DNA of 64,000 bases from Anaeramoeba ignava BMAN (GCA_028826165.1 JAPDFW010000044.1:248001-312000), one strand, 5' to 3'. Counted from the stretch's first letter, positions 25,836 to 38,726 are shown. The notes: generated by a model not told the origin, from the letters alone. Program-made: numbers and translations.

Positions 25836-26161
25836 TCAAATTTATTCAAAAATTTAATCAAAAATTTAATCAAAAATTTATTCAAAAATTTATTCAAAAA
25901 TTTATTCAAAAATTTATTTAAAAAATTATTCAAAAAATTATTCAAAAAATTTAATTACATTTATTTAAATAATTTAATCAAATTTATTAATTTCAAAAAT
26001 AAGAAAACATTCTTTTTGTAAGCTCAGTATTTTTTCTTTTTGATTTTTGATTTTTTTTTGATTTTTGATTTTTTTTAAAAATAAAAAAAATTTTTTTTTT
26101 TTCAATTTTTAATTTTTCATTTTTTTCATTTTTTTTTTCATTTTAATTTAAAATAAAAAAA

Positions 26162-29149
26162 ATGTTAAAATATATTACAGGAGGAAATATAAATTCAAAT
26201 TTAATATTTTCACAAAATTCTAAGTAAAATTAAAAAAATAAAAAATTTAATAAAAATTAAATTAAATTTAAAAATAAAATAGATTGATCTTTGTTTCTAT
26301 TAATAATCAAATATCAATTATAAATACAAACACTGGAGAAACTGTTTCACAACTTAAAGGACATACAGGTTTTATTACTGATATTAAACTTAATCCTTTA
26401 AATTCAAATGAAATATTTTCTTCTTCTATTGATGGAACTATTAGAAGATGGAACATTAATGAAGCCAGTTTAATAAATGTATTTATTTAGAAAATTTTCA
26501 GAAGAAAAAATATTCTTAAAGAATATTTGAGGATTAGAAGATTAAAAATCTTTTATTAAGAATATTTTTTAAATTTATAATATTTTATAATGTTTTTTAA
26601 ATTTATAATATTTTTTAATGTTTTTTATAAAAAATAGACTTATTACTTAAACAAACCAATCATTTCATTCACTCTTAATAAAGCTTTTCCTGATGATTTA
26701 TTCTTAATTTTATATTCAATCCAAAACCAAAAAGAAAACAAACCAAAAATTCCTCAAAATTCAATTCCTGAAAAATTAACGCAATTTGGAAATAATTTAA
26801 TAGAAGAAATCCAAAATTCAATGGATTTAAAAAATGAAAAGGAAATAAATCAAAGCAATTCTATTGTTAATATAAATGTTGTTTTATTCAATACAGAAAA
26901 TTTCAAAATTACAAAAAGTTTACAAAGAAAAAAAATCAATTTTCCAAAATTTCAAGAATCATTTCGAAAAATCAAATTGGAAATTGATAAACAAGGAAAA
27001 ATACTTGCATTTTCATTTCTTTTTCAAGTTGAACTGATTGATTTAGAAACAAATTCAAGAGCAATTTTAAAACATCGAACACAAATATTATCAATCAATT
27101 TCCATCCTTTTATTGTTGGAAAAATAGCAACAGGAAGTAAAAACGGACACATTAGAATTTGGGAAAATCCGTTCCAAATTCAACAATCAAAAAATCCAAC
27201 GGAAAATCCAAAAAAATACAAAAATGAATTGGAGGAAAAAAACAAATACCAAAAATTGCATTGGCATGCTCACGATGTATCTTCTTTAATGTTCACAGAG
27301 GATGGGAAATATTTGTTGTCTGGAGGAGAAGAATCCGTTCTTGTAATTTGGCAATTAGAAACTGGCAAAAAAAACTTTATTCCAAGAATTGGAACAAGTG
27401 GAATAAAATACTTGAATATTTCCCCAAATTCAACTTTTTACTCAGTTGTCAATAATGACAATACAATTTGGTTGATTAAAGCAAGAGAAAGTTCTTTGCA
27501 TTTATCCATCTCCAAATTTAAAGCGCCTTCGCGATTACTAAATCATCAAAAATACAAATTGGCTATTGAGCCAAGAAATTATAATTTGGTTTCAAATTTC
27601 TCTCAAAATACTCTTCATTTTTATGATATATTTAGTCAAAAACAATCAATGGATCTTCGTGTTTCCTTTCGCAATATCATTTCACGAGGAACAACTGAAA
27701 TCAACCCAAATTTTGTGGAATTTTTCTCTTTTAGTTTTGATGGCAATCATTTGGCAACTATTGATTTTCAACACAAAAAAAGCGAATCAAAAAATCAACA
27801 TCAAGAAGTTTATTTGAAATTTTGGGAGTTTCAGAATCATAAATATGTTTTAAACACACAATTTGATTCTCCACATTCAGGTGCAATCACATCTATTCTT
27901 TTCCATCCCGAAATGTATATTTGTGTAACAACATCAGATGATTCAACTTTTAAAATTTGGAAAATCAAAGATGAAAAGGATCAAACCAAAACAAATGTTC
28001 TCAATTATTCATGGGTTTGTAGAAGCACTGGCTATTATAATAATAAAACCCCAATCATTGGTTCATCTTTTTCTGGAGATGGATCTGTTCTTGGTTTATT
28101 GCATCATCGTTTAATCTCTTTATGGAATCCTTTTTCAAATTCTCTTCTTTCTTCTATTGCAATTCCTCATCCAGATGAAACGTTTATAGAATTTAATTTT
28201 GTTATGAAAATCAATCCAAATCATCTTATAGCTTCAACAAGAAATCATGTTTATGTATTTGATTTATTATCAACAAGTTTATTGTGGTCAATTTCTTTGG
28301 ATGTTGAGAAAATATTTTTTGATAATTTTTCAAATAAATTTATTATAGTTACAAAAAATCGATTTGAAAATGAATTTGAAAATGAAAAACAAAATCAAAA
28401 TCAAAATTTAAATTTAAATGAAAATCAAAATCAAAATCAAAATCAAAATCAAAATCAAAATCCAATTTTAAATCAAAATCAAATCCAATATTTAGTCTTA
28501 TTTAAATCTCGAAATCAAAAACCTCACAAATTTTTAAAATTGGAAAATATTGTTGTTGAAAAAATTATTTTTTTCCCTTCAAATTCAAATTCAAATTCAA
28601 ATTCAAATTCAAATCCAAATTCAAATTCAAATCCAAATTTAAATCCAAATTATAAAAAAGAAAGTTCAAGAATTCTCATTTATGATTCACAAAATAGAAT
28701 TCATGAATTTGGACAAAGATTATCACAAGAAATTTCAAAAGAAGAATTCAAAAAAAATCAAAAAAACGAAACAATTAAATCGATACAAAAAAACATTTTT
28801 AAAAAAACAAAAAAATGATCAAGAAAATTTTGAAGAAGAAAAAAAACCTTCTTTATTAAATTTCAATCAACAAGAATTTAAATTTGATTTAGAACAAGAA
28901 ACAATTCCTCCAATTTCTCAATGGTCTGATGTCTTTATAAATGATTTATTGAAACCAAAATCAAAAAAAGAATTTAAATCAAAAAATCAAAAAAGAAATC
29001 AAAAAAATAAATTAGAAACTTCTTCAAATCAAATGGAAATTGAAAATGATAAAAATGATTTAGAAAATGTTGATGTTTCTTTTGATAAAAAACAAATTAA
29101 AGAAGATTATTCAAATATTTTAGATATTTTTAAAGAGAATGATTTTTAG
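26162..29149 (+). CDS. WDR75: WD40 protein WDR75/UTP17 (SSU processome t-UTP)
   Basis: Signature LHWHAHDVSSLMFTEDGKYLLSGGEESVLVIWQL..FIPRIG and LKFWEF..YVLNTQFDSPH. There are two short 5' introns and a frameshift in an A-run near 28800-28815. Confidence 0.85.
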
Positions 29150-29282
29150 AAAAGAAATCAAAAACAACAAAATCAAAAAATTTTTATTTTTTTCTTTCTT
29201 TTTAAAATCATTTAGAAATAAAGCAATTAAAAAATTAAACATTTTTCTTTCTTTTTAATTTTTGATTTTAATAATTTCTTAT

Positions 29283-31073
29283 TTAAAAAATTAAACATTT
29301 TTCTTTCTCTTTTTGAATATTAAATTTGTTAATTAATAAATCAAATAAATTTGGATTTGTTTGATTTAATTGAAAATAATCAATTCCTCTTTTAATTTCA
29401 TTAATTATTTCTTGTGTAATTTGAATTCCTTCTTTAATTTGATTTGAATAAATCCAATATTCAAATATTTGAAATGATTCATTACTTAATTCACTATAAT
29501 CTGTAACTTTATTAGAAGTATCTTCAGTTACAGATAAAAACATTCCTCGATATAATTCACTTCTCATTATTAATATTAATTTAGGAAATTTATATTGTTT
29601 TTCTTTTCTTTCAATTATAAAATCTTTTTCATTTTCATTTTCATTTAAATAAATTCTTTTCATTGTTTCTTCTATTTTTTCATTTGAATTTATAATTTCT
29701 TTAATTTCAGAATATAATATTGGATTTATTATTCTGTTTGAATAAATCATTTCAAATATTTGATTGGATTCTTTAATTGATTTTTTTGAAATAATTTCTT
29801 TGAAGTTTTTCATTTCATTTTGATTTTGATTTAATCTATATTTCAATATTAATTTATGAGCTTCAATTATTTCTCCATTTTTGGTTTTAAATGAAATATC
29901 ACAAAATTCTTTTCTTTCAAATAGTTTTATCAAATCTTCTTCAAGATTGGAAAAAGAATGAGGAGAATAATAAATAAATGAATTGGAATTCCCACAAAGA
30001 ACATGATAATTGGAAATATCTTCATTAAATCTTAATTCAGGAAGTTCAATTTGAATTGGAATTAATTGAGATTTTCTATCTCCAGTTCCTAATTGGCCAT
30101 AATCATTGTATCCAAATACTATTAATTTTGAATTGGAAGTTAAAATCAAATTATGAAATATTCCAACAGAAAAATCAATAATATTATCATTTTCAAATAA
30201 AGATGATTTGATTTCAGTAAATTCATAAGTATTTTGATTTTTGCCAAGTCCATTAAATTGATAATCTCCACATGAATAAAGTTTTCTTTTTGGATTTTGT
30301 TTTTGATTTTCAATCAACATTATTGAATGATAAGATCCACATTGAATATCAATTATTTTACCTTTTGGAATATTTTGGATTTTGGTTAATTTTTCGATTT
30401 CTGTTTCTTCTTTTCTTGATTTTCCTAATCCAAGTTGGTTATTACCATTATTTCCACATCCAAATAATTCTTGATTTGAATTTAAAAGAAAAACATGATA
30501 TGAAGAATTTCCTGAAAATATTTTAGAAACATTTTTCATCATTAAAATTGGGTTTTCTGTTTCTTGAAGTGTTTCAGAATCAAAACCAAGTTGACTAAAT
30601 TGATTTGAACCAATTCCATAAACATTATGATTTGAAGTTAATAAGTAAATTGAATTAGCTCCAGAAACAATATCTTTAATTATTCTATCATTTGTATCTT
30701 CAATTAATGATGAAATATTGATAAATTCATTTGGATTTTCTGAATTAATATCTTCTCCTTTAGCAAATACATTTTCTTCTTTTGTTAAAATAGTTTCATT
30801 TCCATCACCAACATTTACTTTTTGAATATTTTTAATTTGGATTTTTTCAGGATTTTGTTTTGAATCTTTTTCATTTAAATATTCTATTGCTTTTCCATTT
30901 TTAAAAAGGAAAATTGTTGAAGATTCACCTGATGAAATTTGTTTAATTTGTTTTTCATTTTCATTTTCATTTTCATTTTCAAATTTAAATTGAATTGGTT
31001 TTGTTATTTTTTTTGGTTCATTTTTTAAAAGAATTGGATCTTGATTTTGACCAAAAAATATAATTACATTCAT
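29283..31073 (-). CDS. RCC1-repeat + tandem BTB protein with C-terminal CaaX (copy 1)
   Basis: RCC1 repeats (GIGSNQFSQLG, FGYNDYGQLGTGD), BTB-like CDISFKT..HKLIL and KDFII..KLILIMRSELYRGMF, ending KEKCLIF*. Confidence 0.88.
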   Translation of the reverse strand: MNVIIFFGQNQDPILLKNEPKKITKPIQFKFENENENENEKQIKQISSGESSTIFLFKNGKAIEYLNEKDSKQNPEKIQIKNIQKVNVGDGNETILTKEENVFAKGEDINSENPNEFINISSLIEDTNDRIIKDIVSGANSIYLLTSNHNVYGIGSNQFSQLGFDSETLQETENPILMMKNVSKIFSGNSSYHVFLLNSNQELFGCGNNGNNQLGLGKSRKEETEIEKLTKIQNIPKGKIIDIQCGSYHSIMLIENQKQNPKRKLYSCGDYQFNGLGKNQNTYEFTEIKSSLFENDNIIDFSVGIFHNLILTSNSKLIVFGYNDYGQLGTGDRKSQLIPIQIELPELRFNEDISNYHVLCGNSNSFIYYSPHSFSNLEEDLIKLFERKEFCDISFKTKNGEIIEAHKLILKYRLNQNQNEMKNFKEIISKKSIKESNQIFEMIYSNRIINPILYSEIKEIINSNEKIEETMKRIYLNENENEKDFIIERKEKQYKFPKLILIMRSELYRGMFLSVTEDTSNKVTDYSELSNESFQIFEYWIYSNQIKEGIQITQEIINEIKRGIDYFQLNQTNPNLFDLLINKFNIQKEKEKCLIF

Positions 31074-31353
31074 TTTTTGAAAAGAAAAAAATGAAAAAAT
31101 GAAAAATGAATTTTGAATTTTAATTTTAATTTTAATTTTGAATTTTTAATTTTAATTTTAATTTTGATTTTAATTTTTAATTTTAATTTTAATTTTTAAT
31201 TTTGATTTTAATTTTAATTTTAATTTTAATTTTAATTTTAATTTTAATTTTAATTTTAATTTTAATTTTAATTTTAATTTTAATTTTAATTTTAATTTTA
31301 ATTTTAATTTTAATTTTGATTTTTAATTGAAAATAAATCAATTCCTTTGATTT

Positions 31354-33040
31354 TTAAATTCCTCTTTTAAGTTCATCAATGATTTCTTGTGTAATTTGAA
31401 TTTCATCTTTAATTTGATTTGAATAAATCCAATATTCAAATATTTGAAATGATTTATTACTTAATTCACTATAATCTCTAACTTTATTTGATTTATCTTC
31501 AGTTACAGATAAAAACATTCCTCGATATAATTCACTTCTCATTATTAATATTAATTTAGGAAATTTATATTTTTTTTCTTTTCTTTCAATTATGAAATCT
31601 TTTTCATTTTCATTTTCATTTTCATTTAAATAAATTCTTTTCATTGTTTCTTCTATTTTTTCATTTGAATTTATAATTTCTTTAATTTCTGAATATAATT
31701 TTGGATTTATTATTCTGTTTGAATAAATCATTTCAAATATTTGATTTGATTCTTTAAATGATTTTTTTGAAATAATTTCTTTAAGTTTTTCAATTTCATT
31801 TTGATTTTGATTTAATCTATATTTCAATATTAATTTATGAGCTTCAATTATTTCTCCATTTTTGGTTTTAAACGAAATATCACAAAATTCTTTTCTTTCA
31901 AATAATTTTATCAAATCTTCTTCAAGATTGGAAAAAGGAGGAGAAGAATAATAAATAAATGATTTGTAAAAACCACAATGAATATGATAATTGGAAATTT
32001 CTTCATTAAATCTTAATTTAGGAAGTTCAATTTGAATTGGAATTAGTTGATCATTTGTATCTCCAGTTCCTAATCGACCAAAATCATTTAATCCAAATCC
32101 AATTAATTTTGAATTGGAAGTTAAAATCAAAGTATGATTATGTCCAACAGAAAAATCAAGAATATTATCATCATTTTCAAATAAAGATGATTTGATTTCA
32201 GTAAATTCTTTTTTTATTTTCGTTCTTCCAAATTCAACAGCTCCATAATTTAGGAATGAATAAAGTTTTCTTTTCGGATTTTGTTTTTGATTTTCAATCA
32301 ACATTATTGAATGAGTATTTCCACATTGAATATCAATTATTTTACCTTTTGGAATATTTTGGATTTTGGTTAATTTTTTTGTTTTTTCTTCAAAAATGTA
32401 GTCTGATAATTTCAATTGATCAATTAAATTAACTTCAAAAAAAAATAATTCTTGATTTGAATTTAAAAGAAAAGCATGAAATGAATAATTTCCTGAAAAT
32501 ATTTTAGAAACATTTTTCATCATTAAAATTGGTTTTTCTGTTTCTTGAAGTGTTTTAGAATCAAAACCAAGTTGAGCATATTGATTTGAACCAATTCTAT
32601 AAACATTTTGATTTGAAGTTAATAAGTAAATTGAATTAGCTCCAGAAACAATATCTTTAATTATTCTATCATTTCTATCTTCAATTAATGATGAAATATT
32701 GATAAATTCATTTGGATTTTCTGAATTAATATCTTCTCCTTTAGCAAATACATTTCCTTCTATTGTTAAAATAGCTTCATTATAATCACAAACAGTTACT
32801 TTTTGAATATTTTCTTCAATTTGGATTTTTGAAGGATTTTTATTTAAATATTCTATTGCTTTTCCATTTTTAAAAAGGAAAATTGTTGAAAAGTTTCCTG
32901 ATGAAATTTGTTTAATTTGTTTTTCATTTTCATTTTCATTTTCATTTTCAAATTTAAATTGAATTGGTTTTTATTTTTTCTGGTTCATTTTTGAAAAGTT
33001 TTGGTTCTTTATTTCTTCCAAAAAATAAACAATCATTCAT
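31354..33040 (-). pseudogene. Degenerate RCC1-BTB paralog (copy 2)
   Basis: ATG at 33040 is followed by a 2-nt deletion near 32970. Conserved RCC1 glycines are lost (ELFFFEVNLIDQLKL vs ELFGCGxNxxGQLGL; KLYSFLNY vs KLYSCGDY). The frame stops early with no CaaX. Confidence 0.65.
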
Positions 33041-33281
33041 TTTTAAAAAGAAAAAAAATGAAAAAATGAAAAAATGAATTTTTGATTTTAATTTTAATTT
33101 TGATTTTAATTTTAATTTTAATTTTAATTTTAATTTTAATTTTAATTTTAATTTTAATTTTAATTTTAATTTTAATTTTAATTTTAATTTTAATTTTAAT
33201 TTTAATTTTAATTTTAATTTTAATTTTAATTTTAATTTTTAATTTTAATTTTGAATTTTAATTTCATTAATAATTTCTTTT

Positions 33282-35123
33282 TTAAAAAATTAAACATTTT
33301 TCTTTCTTTTTTTCTATTTGAATTTTTTCTTTCTTATTGTTTTGATTTTGATTATTAAATTTTTTAATTAATAAATCAATTAAATTTGGATTTGTTTGAT
33401 TTAATTGAAAATAATCAATTCCAGTTTCTAATTCATCAATGATTTCTTGAGTAATTTGAATTCCTTCTTTAATTTGATTTGAATAAATCCAATATTCAAA
33501 TATTTGAAATGATTTATTACTTAATTCACTATAATCTGTAACTTTATTAGAAGTATCTTCAGTTACAGATAAAAACATTCCTCGATATAATTCACTTCTC
33601 ATTATTAATATTAATTTAGGAAATTTATATTGTTTTTCTTTTCTTTCAATTATAAAATCTTTTTCATTTTCATTTTCATTTAAATAAATTCTTTTCATTG
33701 TTTCTTCTATTTTTTCATTTGAATTTATAATTTCTTTAATTTCAGAATATAATTTTGGATTTATTATTCTGTTTGAATAAATCATTTCAAATATTTGATT
33801 TGATTCTTTAAATGATTTTTTTGAAATAATTTCTTGAAGTTTTTCATTTTGATTTTGATCTTTTAATCTATATTTCAATATTAATTTATGAGCTTCAATT
33901 ATTTCTCCATTTTCTGTTTTAAATGAAATATCACAAAATTCTTTTCTTCCAAATAGTTTTATCAAATCTTCTTCAAGATTGGAAAAAGAAGGAGGAGAAT
34001 AATAAATAAATGATTTGAAAAAACCACAATGAATATGATAATTAGAAATATTTTCATCAAATCTTAATTCAGGAAGTTCAATTTGAATTGGAATTGATTG
34101 ATATTTTGTATCTCCAGTTCCTAATTGACCATAATCATTTAATCCAAATCCAATTAATTTTGAATTGGAAGTTAAAATCAAAGTATGCTTATATCTACAA
34201 GAAAAATCAATAATATTATTATTTTCAAATAAAGATGATTTGATTTCAGTAAATTCATAAGTATTTTCATCTTCTTTTCCAAGTCCATTATATTCATAAT
34301 CTCCACATGAATAAAGTTTTCTTTTTGGATTTTCATTTTCATTTTGATCTTCAATCAACATTATTGAATGTTCGTATCCACATTTAATATCAATTATTTC
34401 ACCTTTTGGAATATTTTGGATTTTAATTGGCTTTTTGATTTTCCATTCTTCTTCTGTATCTCCTAATCCAAGTTGGCCATAATGATTCCAACCACATCCA
34501 AATAATTCTTGATTTGAATTTAAAAGAAAAATAAAAGTTGAAAAAGTTCCTGAAAATATTTTAGAAACATTTTTCATCATTAAAATTGGTTTTTCTGCCT
34601 TTTTTAATGTTCCAACACCAAGTTGACCATAAAAATTTGAACCAATTCCATAAACATTATGATTTGAAGTTAATAAGTAAATTGAATTATATCCAGAAAC
34701 AACGTCTTGAATTATTCTATCATTTGTATCTTTAATTAATGATGAAATATTGATAAATTCATTTGGATTATTTTCATTAATTTCTTCTCCTTTTGCAAAT
34801 ACATTTCCTTCTATTGTTAAAATAGCTTCATTAAAATAACCACCAGTTACTTTTTGAATATTTTCTTCAATTTGGATTTTTGAAGGATTTTGTTTTAAAT
34901 CTTTATAATATCTTTTATTTAAATATTCTATTGCTTTTCCATTTTTAAAAAGGAAAATTGTTGAAGATTCACCTGATGAAATTTTTTTAATTTGTTTTTC
35001 ATTTTCATTTTCATTTTCATTTTCATTTTCAAATTTAAATTGAATTGGTTTTGTTATTTTTTTTGGTTTATTTTTTAAAAGAATTGGTTCTTTATTTCTT
35101 CCAAAAAATAAACAATCATTCAT
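33282..35123 (-). CDS. RCC1-repeat + tandem BTB protein with CaaX (copy 3)
   Basis: The true start is MNDCLFF at 35123; the upstream KI run is a microsatellite. Same architecture as copy 1, ending KKKEKCLIF*. Confidence 0.88.
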   Translation of the reverse strand: MNDCLFFGRNKEPILLKNKPKKITKPIQFKFENENENENENEKQIKKISSGESSTIFLFKNGKAIEYLNKRYYKDLKQNPSKIQIEENIQKVTGGYFNEAILTIEGNVFAKGEEINENNPNEFINISSLIKDTNDRIIQDVVSGYNSIYLLTSNHNVYGIGSNFYGQLGVGTLKKAEKPILMMKNVSKIFSGTFSTFIFLLNSNQELFGCGWNHYGQLGLGDTEEEWKIKKPIKIQNIPKGEIIDIKCGYEHSIMLIEDQNENENPKRKLYSCGDYEYNGLGKEDENTYEFTEIKSSLFENNNIIDFSCRYKHTLILTSNSKLIGFGLNDYGQLGTGDTKYQSIPIQIELPELRFDENISNYHIHCGFFKSFIYYSPPSFSNLEEDLIKLFGRKEFCDISFKTENGEIIEAHKLILKYRLKDQNQNEKLQEIISKKSFKESNQIFEMIYSNRIINPKLYSEIKEIINSNEKIEETMKRIYLNENENEKDFIIERKEKQYKFPKLILIMRSELYRGMFLSVTEDTSNKVTDYSELSNKSFQIFEYWIYSNQIKEGIQITQEIIDELETGIDYFQLNQTNPNLIDLLIKKFNNQNQNNKKEKIQIEKKKEKCLIF

Positions 35124-35298
35124 TTTTGAAAAGAAAAAAATGAAAAAATGATTTTTAATTTTAATTTTAATTTTAATTTTAATTTTAATTTTGATTTTAA
35201 TTTTAATTTTGATTTTAATTTTAATTTTAATTTTAATTTTAATTTTAATTTTAATTTTAATTTTGATTTTGAATTTTAATTTCATTAATAATTTCTTT

Positions 35299-37154
35299 TT
35301 AAAAAATTAAACATTTTTCTTTCTTTTTTTCTATTTGAATTTTTTCTTTCTTATTGTTTTGATTTTGATTATTAAATTTGTTAATTAATAAATCAATTAA
35401 ATTTGGATTTGTTTGATTTAATTGAAAATAATCAATTCCAATTTTAATTTCATTAATGATTCCTTGTGTAATTTGAATTTCATCTTTAATTTGATTTGAA
35501 TAAATCCAATATTCAAATATTTGGAATGATTTATTACTTAATTCACTATAATCTGTAACTTTATTAGAAGTATCTTCAGTTACAGATAAAAACATTCCTC
35601 GATATAATTCACTTCTCATTATTAATATTAATTTTGGAAATTTATATTGTTTTTCTTTTCTTTCAATAATAAAATCTTTTTCATTTTCATTTTCATTTAA
35701 ATAAATTCTTTTCATTGTTTCTTCAATTTTTTCATTTGAATTTATAATTTCTTTAATTTCAGAATATAATTTTGGATTTATTATTCTGTTTGAATAAATC
35801 ATTTCAAATATTTGATTTGATTCTTTAAATGATTTTTTTGAAATAATTTCTTGAAGTTTTTCATTTTGATTTTGATTTAATCTATATTTCAATATTAATT
35901 TATGAGCTTTGATTATTTCTCCATTTTCGGTTTTAAATGAAATATTACAAAATTCTTTTCTTCCAAATAGTTTTATCAAATCTTCTTCAAGATTGGAAAA
36001 AGAATGAGGAGAATAATAAAGAAATGATTTGTAATATCCACAATGAATATGATAATTAGAAATATTTTCATTAAATCTTAATTTAGGAAGTTCAATTTGA
36101 ATTGGAATTGATTGATCTTCTCTATCTCCAGTTCCTAATTCTGACCTTAAATTCCATCCAAATGCTATCATTTTTGAATTGGAAGTTAAAATTAAAGTAT
36201 GAGTAGATCCACAAGAAAAATCAATAATATAATCATTTTCAAATAAAGATGATTTGATTTCAGTAAATTCATAAGTATTTTCATTTTCGTTTTCATTTTC
36301 GTTTTCATTTTCGTTTTCATTTTTGCCAAGTCCATTATATAGAGAATTTCCACATGAATAAAGTTTTCTTTTTTTTGATTTTGATTTTGATTTTCATTTT
36401 CAATCAACATTACTGAATGCCAATAACCAGTTTTAATATCAATTATTTCACCTTTTGGAATATTTTGGATTTTGGTTAATTTATTAAGAATTCCTTCTGT
36501 AGTTGTTTCTTTTAATCCAATTTGACCAAAATAATTCCAACCACATCCAAATAATTCTTGATTTGAATTTAAAAGAAAAACATGAATTGAATCATTTCCT
36601 GAAAATATTTTAGAAACATTTTTCATCATTAAAATTGGTTTTCTTCTTTCTTTAAATATATTAGAATCAAAACCAAGTTGACCATATTCATTATCACCAA
36701 TTCCATAAGCATTTTGATTTGAAGTTAATAGATAAATTGAATATCTTCCACAAACAACATCTTGAATTATTCTATCATTTTTATCTTCAATTAATGATGA
36801 AATATTGATAAATTCATTTTTGTTTCTTGAATTAATATAATCTCCTTTGGCAAATACATTTCCTTCTTTTGTTAAAATAGCTTCATTTCTATTACCAACA
36901 GTTACTTTTTGAATATTTTCTTCAATTTGGATTTTTGAAGGATTATTTGAATATTGTAAATATTCTATTGCTTTTCCATTTTTAAAAAGGAAAATTGTTG
37001 AAAAATAACTTGATGAAATTTGTTTAATTTGTTTTTCATTTTCATTTTCATTTTCATTTTCAAATTTAAATTGAATTGGTTTTGTTGTTTTTTCTATTCC
37101 AATTATGATACCTGCATGTGCTGTTTTATGAGGAAAAAATAAAATTTCATTCAT
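35299..37154 (-). CDS. RCC1-repeat + tandem BTB protein with CaaX (copy 4; frameshift in a T-run near 36370)
   Basis: ORFs 36192-37196 and 35299-36171 together give a full paralog, starting MNEILFF at 37154 and ending CLIF*. Confidence 0.8.
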
Positions 37155-37192
37155 TTCAAAAAAGAAAAAAAATGAAAAAAATATCATTTTAT

Positions 37193-38671
37193 TCAAAATT
37201 GTTTTTTTTTTAAATTAAGAAAGTTTTTCAATTTCATTAATTGATGAACTAACAAATTCCAAAGTTTGTCAGGAGGAATATCACTATTGAAATGACCAGC
37301 ATTGTGATATTCATGACCCATAAAAGTACAAATATTTCTAAAATGAACATTTGCAGCAACTCTATTTTCCATAAAGATTTCAATAAGATGAGATTTTTCA
37401 GGAAAATAAACAAGATAAGAAAAAGCAGCTCCATGTGGACCCATTATAATTGATAATCGTGAACTAATTTGGATTTGTTCTTCAATTGTTAGTTTTTCAG
37501 GTTGAAATTTTATAATTGACCAATTTGGAGGGAGTTTTCCTTCAATATAATTAAAAATTTCATCATAATTTGGGATTTTTCTTGATACTTTTTTTTCAAT
37601 GTAATCTTCTCTTTTCACAAATGCAATTGTATAAGGTGGTTTATGAACATTATCTTTAAATGAGATATTAAATCTTTCAAAGATATAATTTTTAAAAGCA
37701 AAAAGAATAGGCGATCTGCAATTTTTGTTCCAGTTAATCTTCAAATCAATATCGAGAATCGAATATCGAGCCCACATTCCAAAAATCACTTTTTTGAAAC
37801 AAGTATTTTTGGGGAATTTTCCATCTCTTAAAAAAATGGGTTCTTTTCCAAAATAAATTGACCAAAAATTATATAATTGAGATCCAGAAGGCATGTCGTC
37901 AGTGAAAACAAGTTGAATTTTTTGGGGATCTTCATCGAGAATCATAAGACTAATGAAAGTCGTGATATAATCCTCCAAAGCATGATAAGAGTTTCGATAA
38001 TCCCAACGGAAAATAAACATAGCAGTCTCATTGATCCAATGTTCACAATTCATTTCAGGAACTGAAACCATATTCCCAATAACATAATCCATATGCATTT
38101 CCCATTGATCTGAGGGAATCCAATTTTTTATTTCTTGATTACAATCAACAGTCAAAAATCCTTCTCCAAAATGAACATTATTTTTTGCTGGTAAAGATGT
38201 GCTTCCTGCTTTAAAAAAAGGATCATATCCTTTGATTTCTACATTATTTCCTGTGCATAAAATGTGTTTTTCTGGTTGAAATCTTTTATAACAAGAAATT
38301 TGTGAAGATCCTATTCCTGAACAAATATTTATTCTTGATTTCTTCCAATTATTTATTAATGAAAATCCATATTGATCTGAACATTTTTTTGTGATTTCAA
38401 TTTCTTTTTCCATTTCCATCATTTTGATAATCGATGTTGTTAAAGAATTATTTTTGCAAATTTCATATTTAATTTCACATTTTCCATTCTCATTTTCTGA
38501 TTTTGTATTTATTATTTGTATTTCTTTTGAGATTATTTTTTCATTTTCTTTTTTTATTATCCATTTCGAATTAAGAATAAAAAAAATTGTTATTTGTCCA
38601 ATCAACACAATTATAACAATTATTTTTATAATTAAGGGTAAATTTTCTTTTTTATTTAGATTTCTATTCAT
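37193..38671 (-). CDS. Glycosyltransferase family 61 (EOGT/xylosyltransferase-like), type II membrane protein
   Basis: N-terminal TM helix, NSYHALEDY, and QIQISSRLSIIMGPHGAAFSYLVYFP..LIEIF (GT61 HGA motif). Confidence 0.85.
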   Translation of the reverse strand: MNRNLNKKENLPLIIKIIVIIVLIGQITIFFILNSKWIIKKENEKIISKEIQIINTKSENENGKCEIKYEICKNNSLTTSIIKMMEMEKEIEITKKCSDQYGFSLINNWKKSRINICSGIGSSQISCYKRFQPEKHILCTGNNVEIKGYDPFFKAGSTSLPAKNNVHFGEGFLTVDCNQEIKNWIPSDQWEMHMDYVIGNMVSVPEMNCEHWINETAMFIFRWDYRNSYHALEDYITTFISLMILDEDPQKIQLVFTDDMPSGSQLYNFWSIYFGKEPIFLRDGKFPKNTCFKKVIFGMWARYSILDIDLKINWNKNCRSPILFAFKNYIFERFNISFKDNVHKPPYTIAFVKREDYIEKKVSRKIPNYDEIFNYIEGKLPPNWSIIKFQPEKLTIEEQIQISSRLSIIMGPHGAAFSYLVYFPEKSHLIEIFMENRVAANVHFRNICTFMGHEYHNAGHFNSDIPPDKLWNLLVHQLMKLKNFLNLKKKQF

Positions 38672-38726
38672 TTTATTTTTATTAAAAAAAAAATGAAAAA
38701 AAAATAAATTTATTTTTTAGGTTTTT

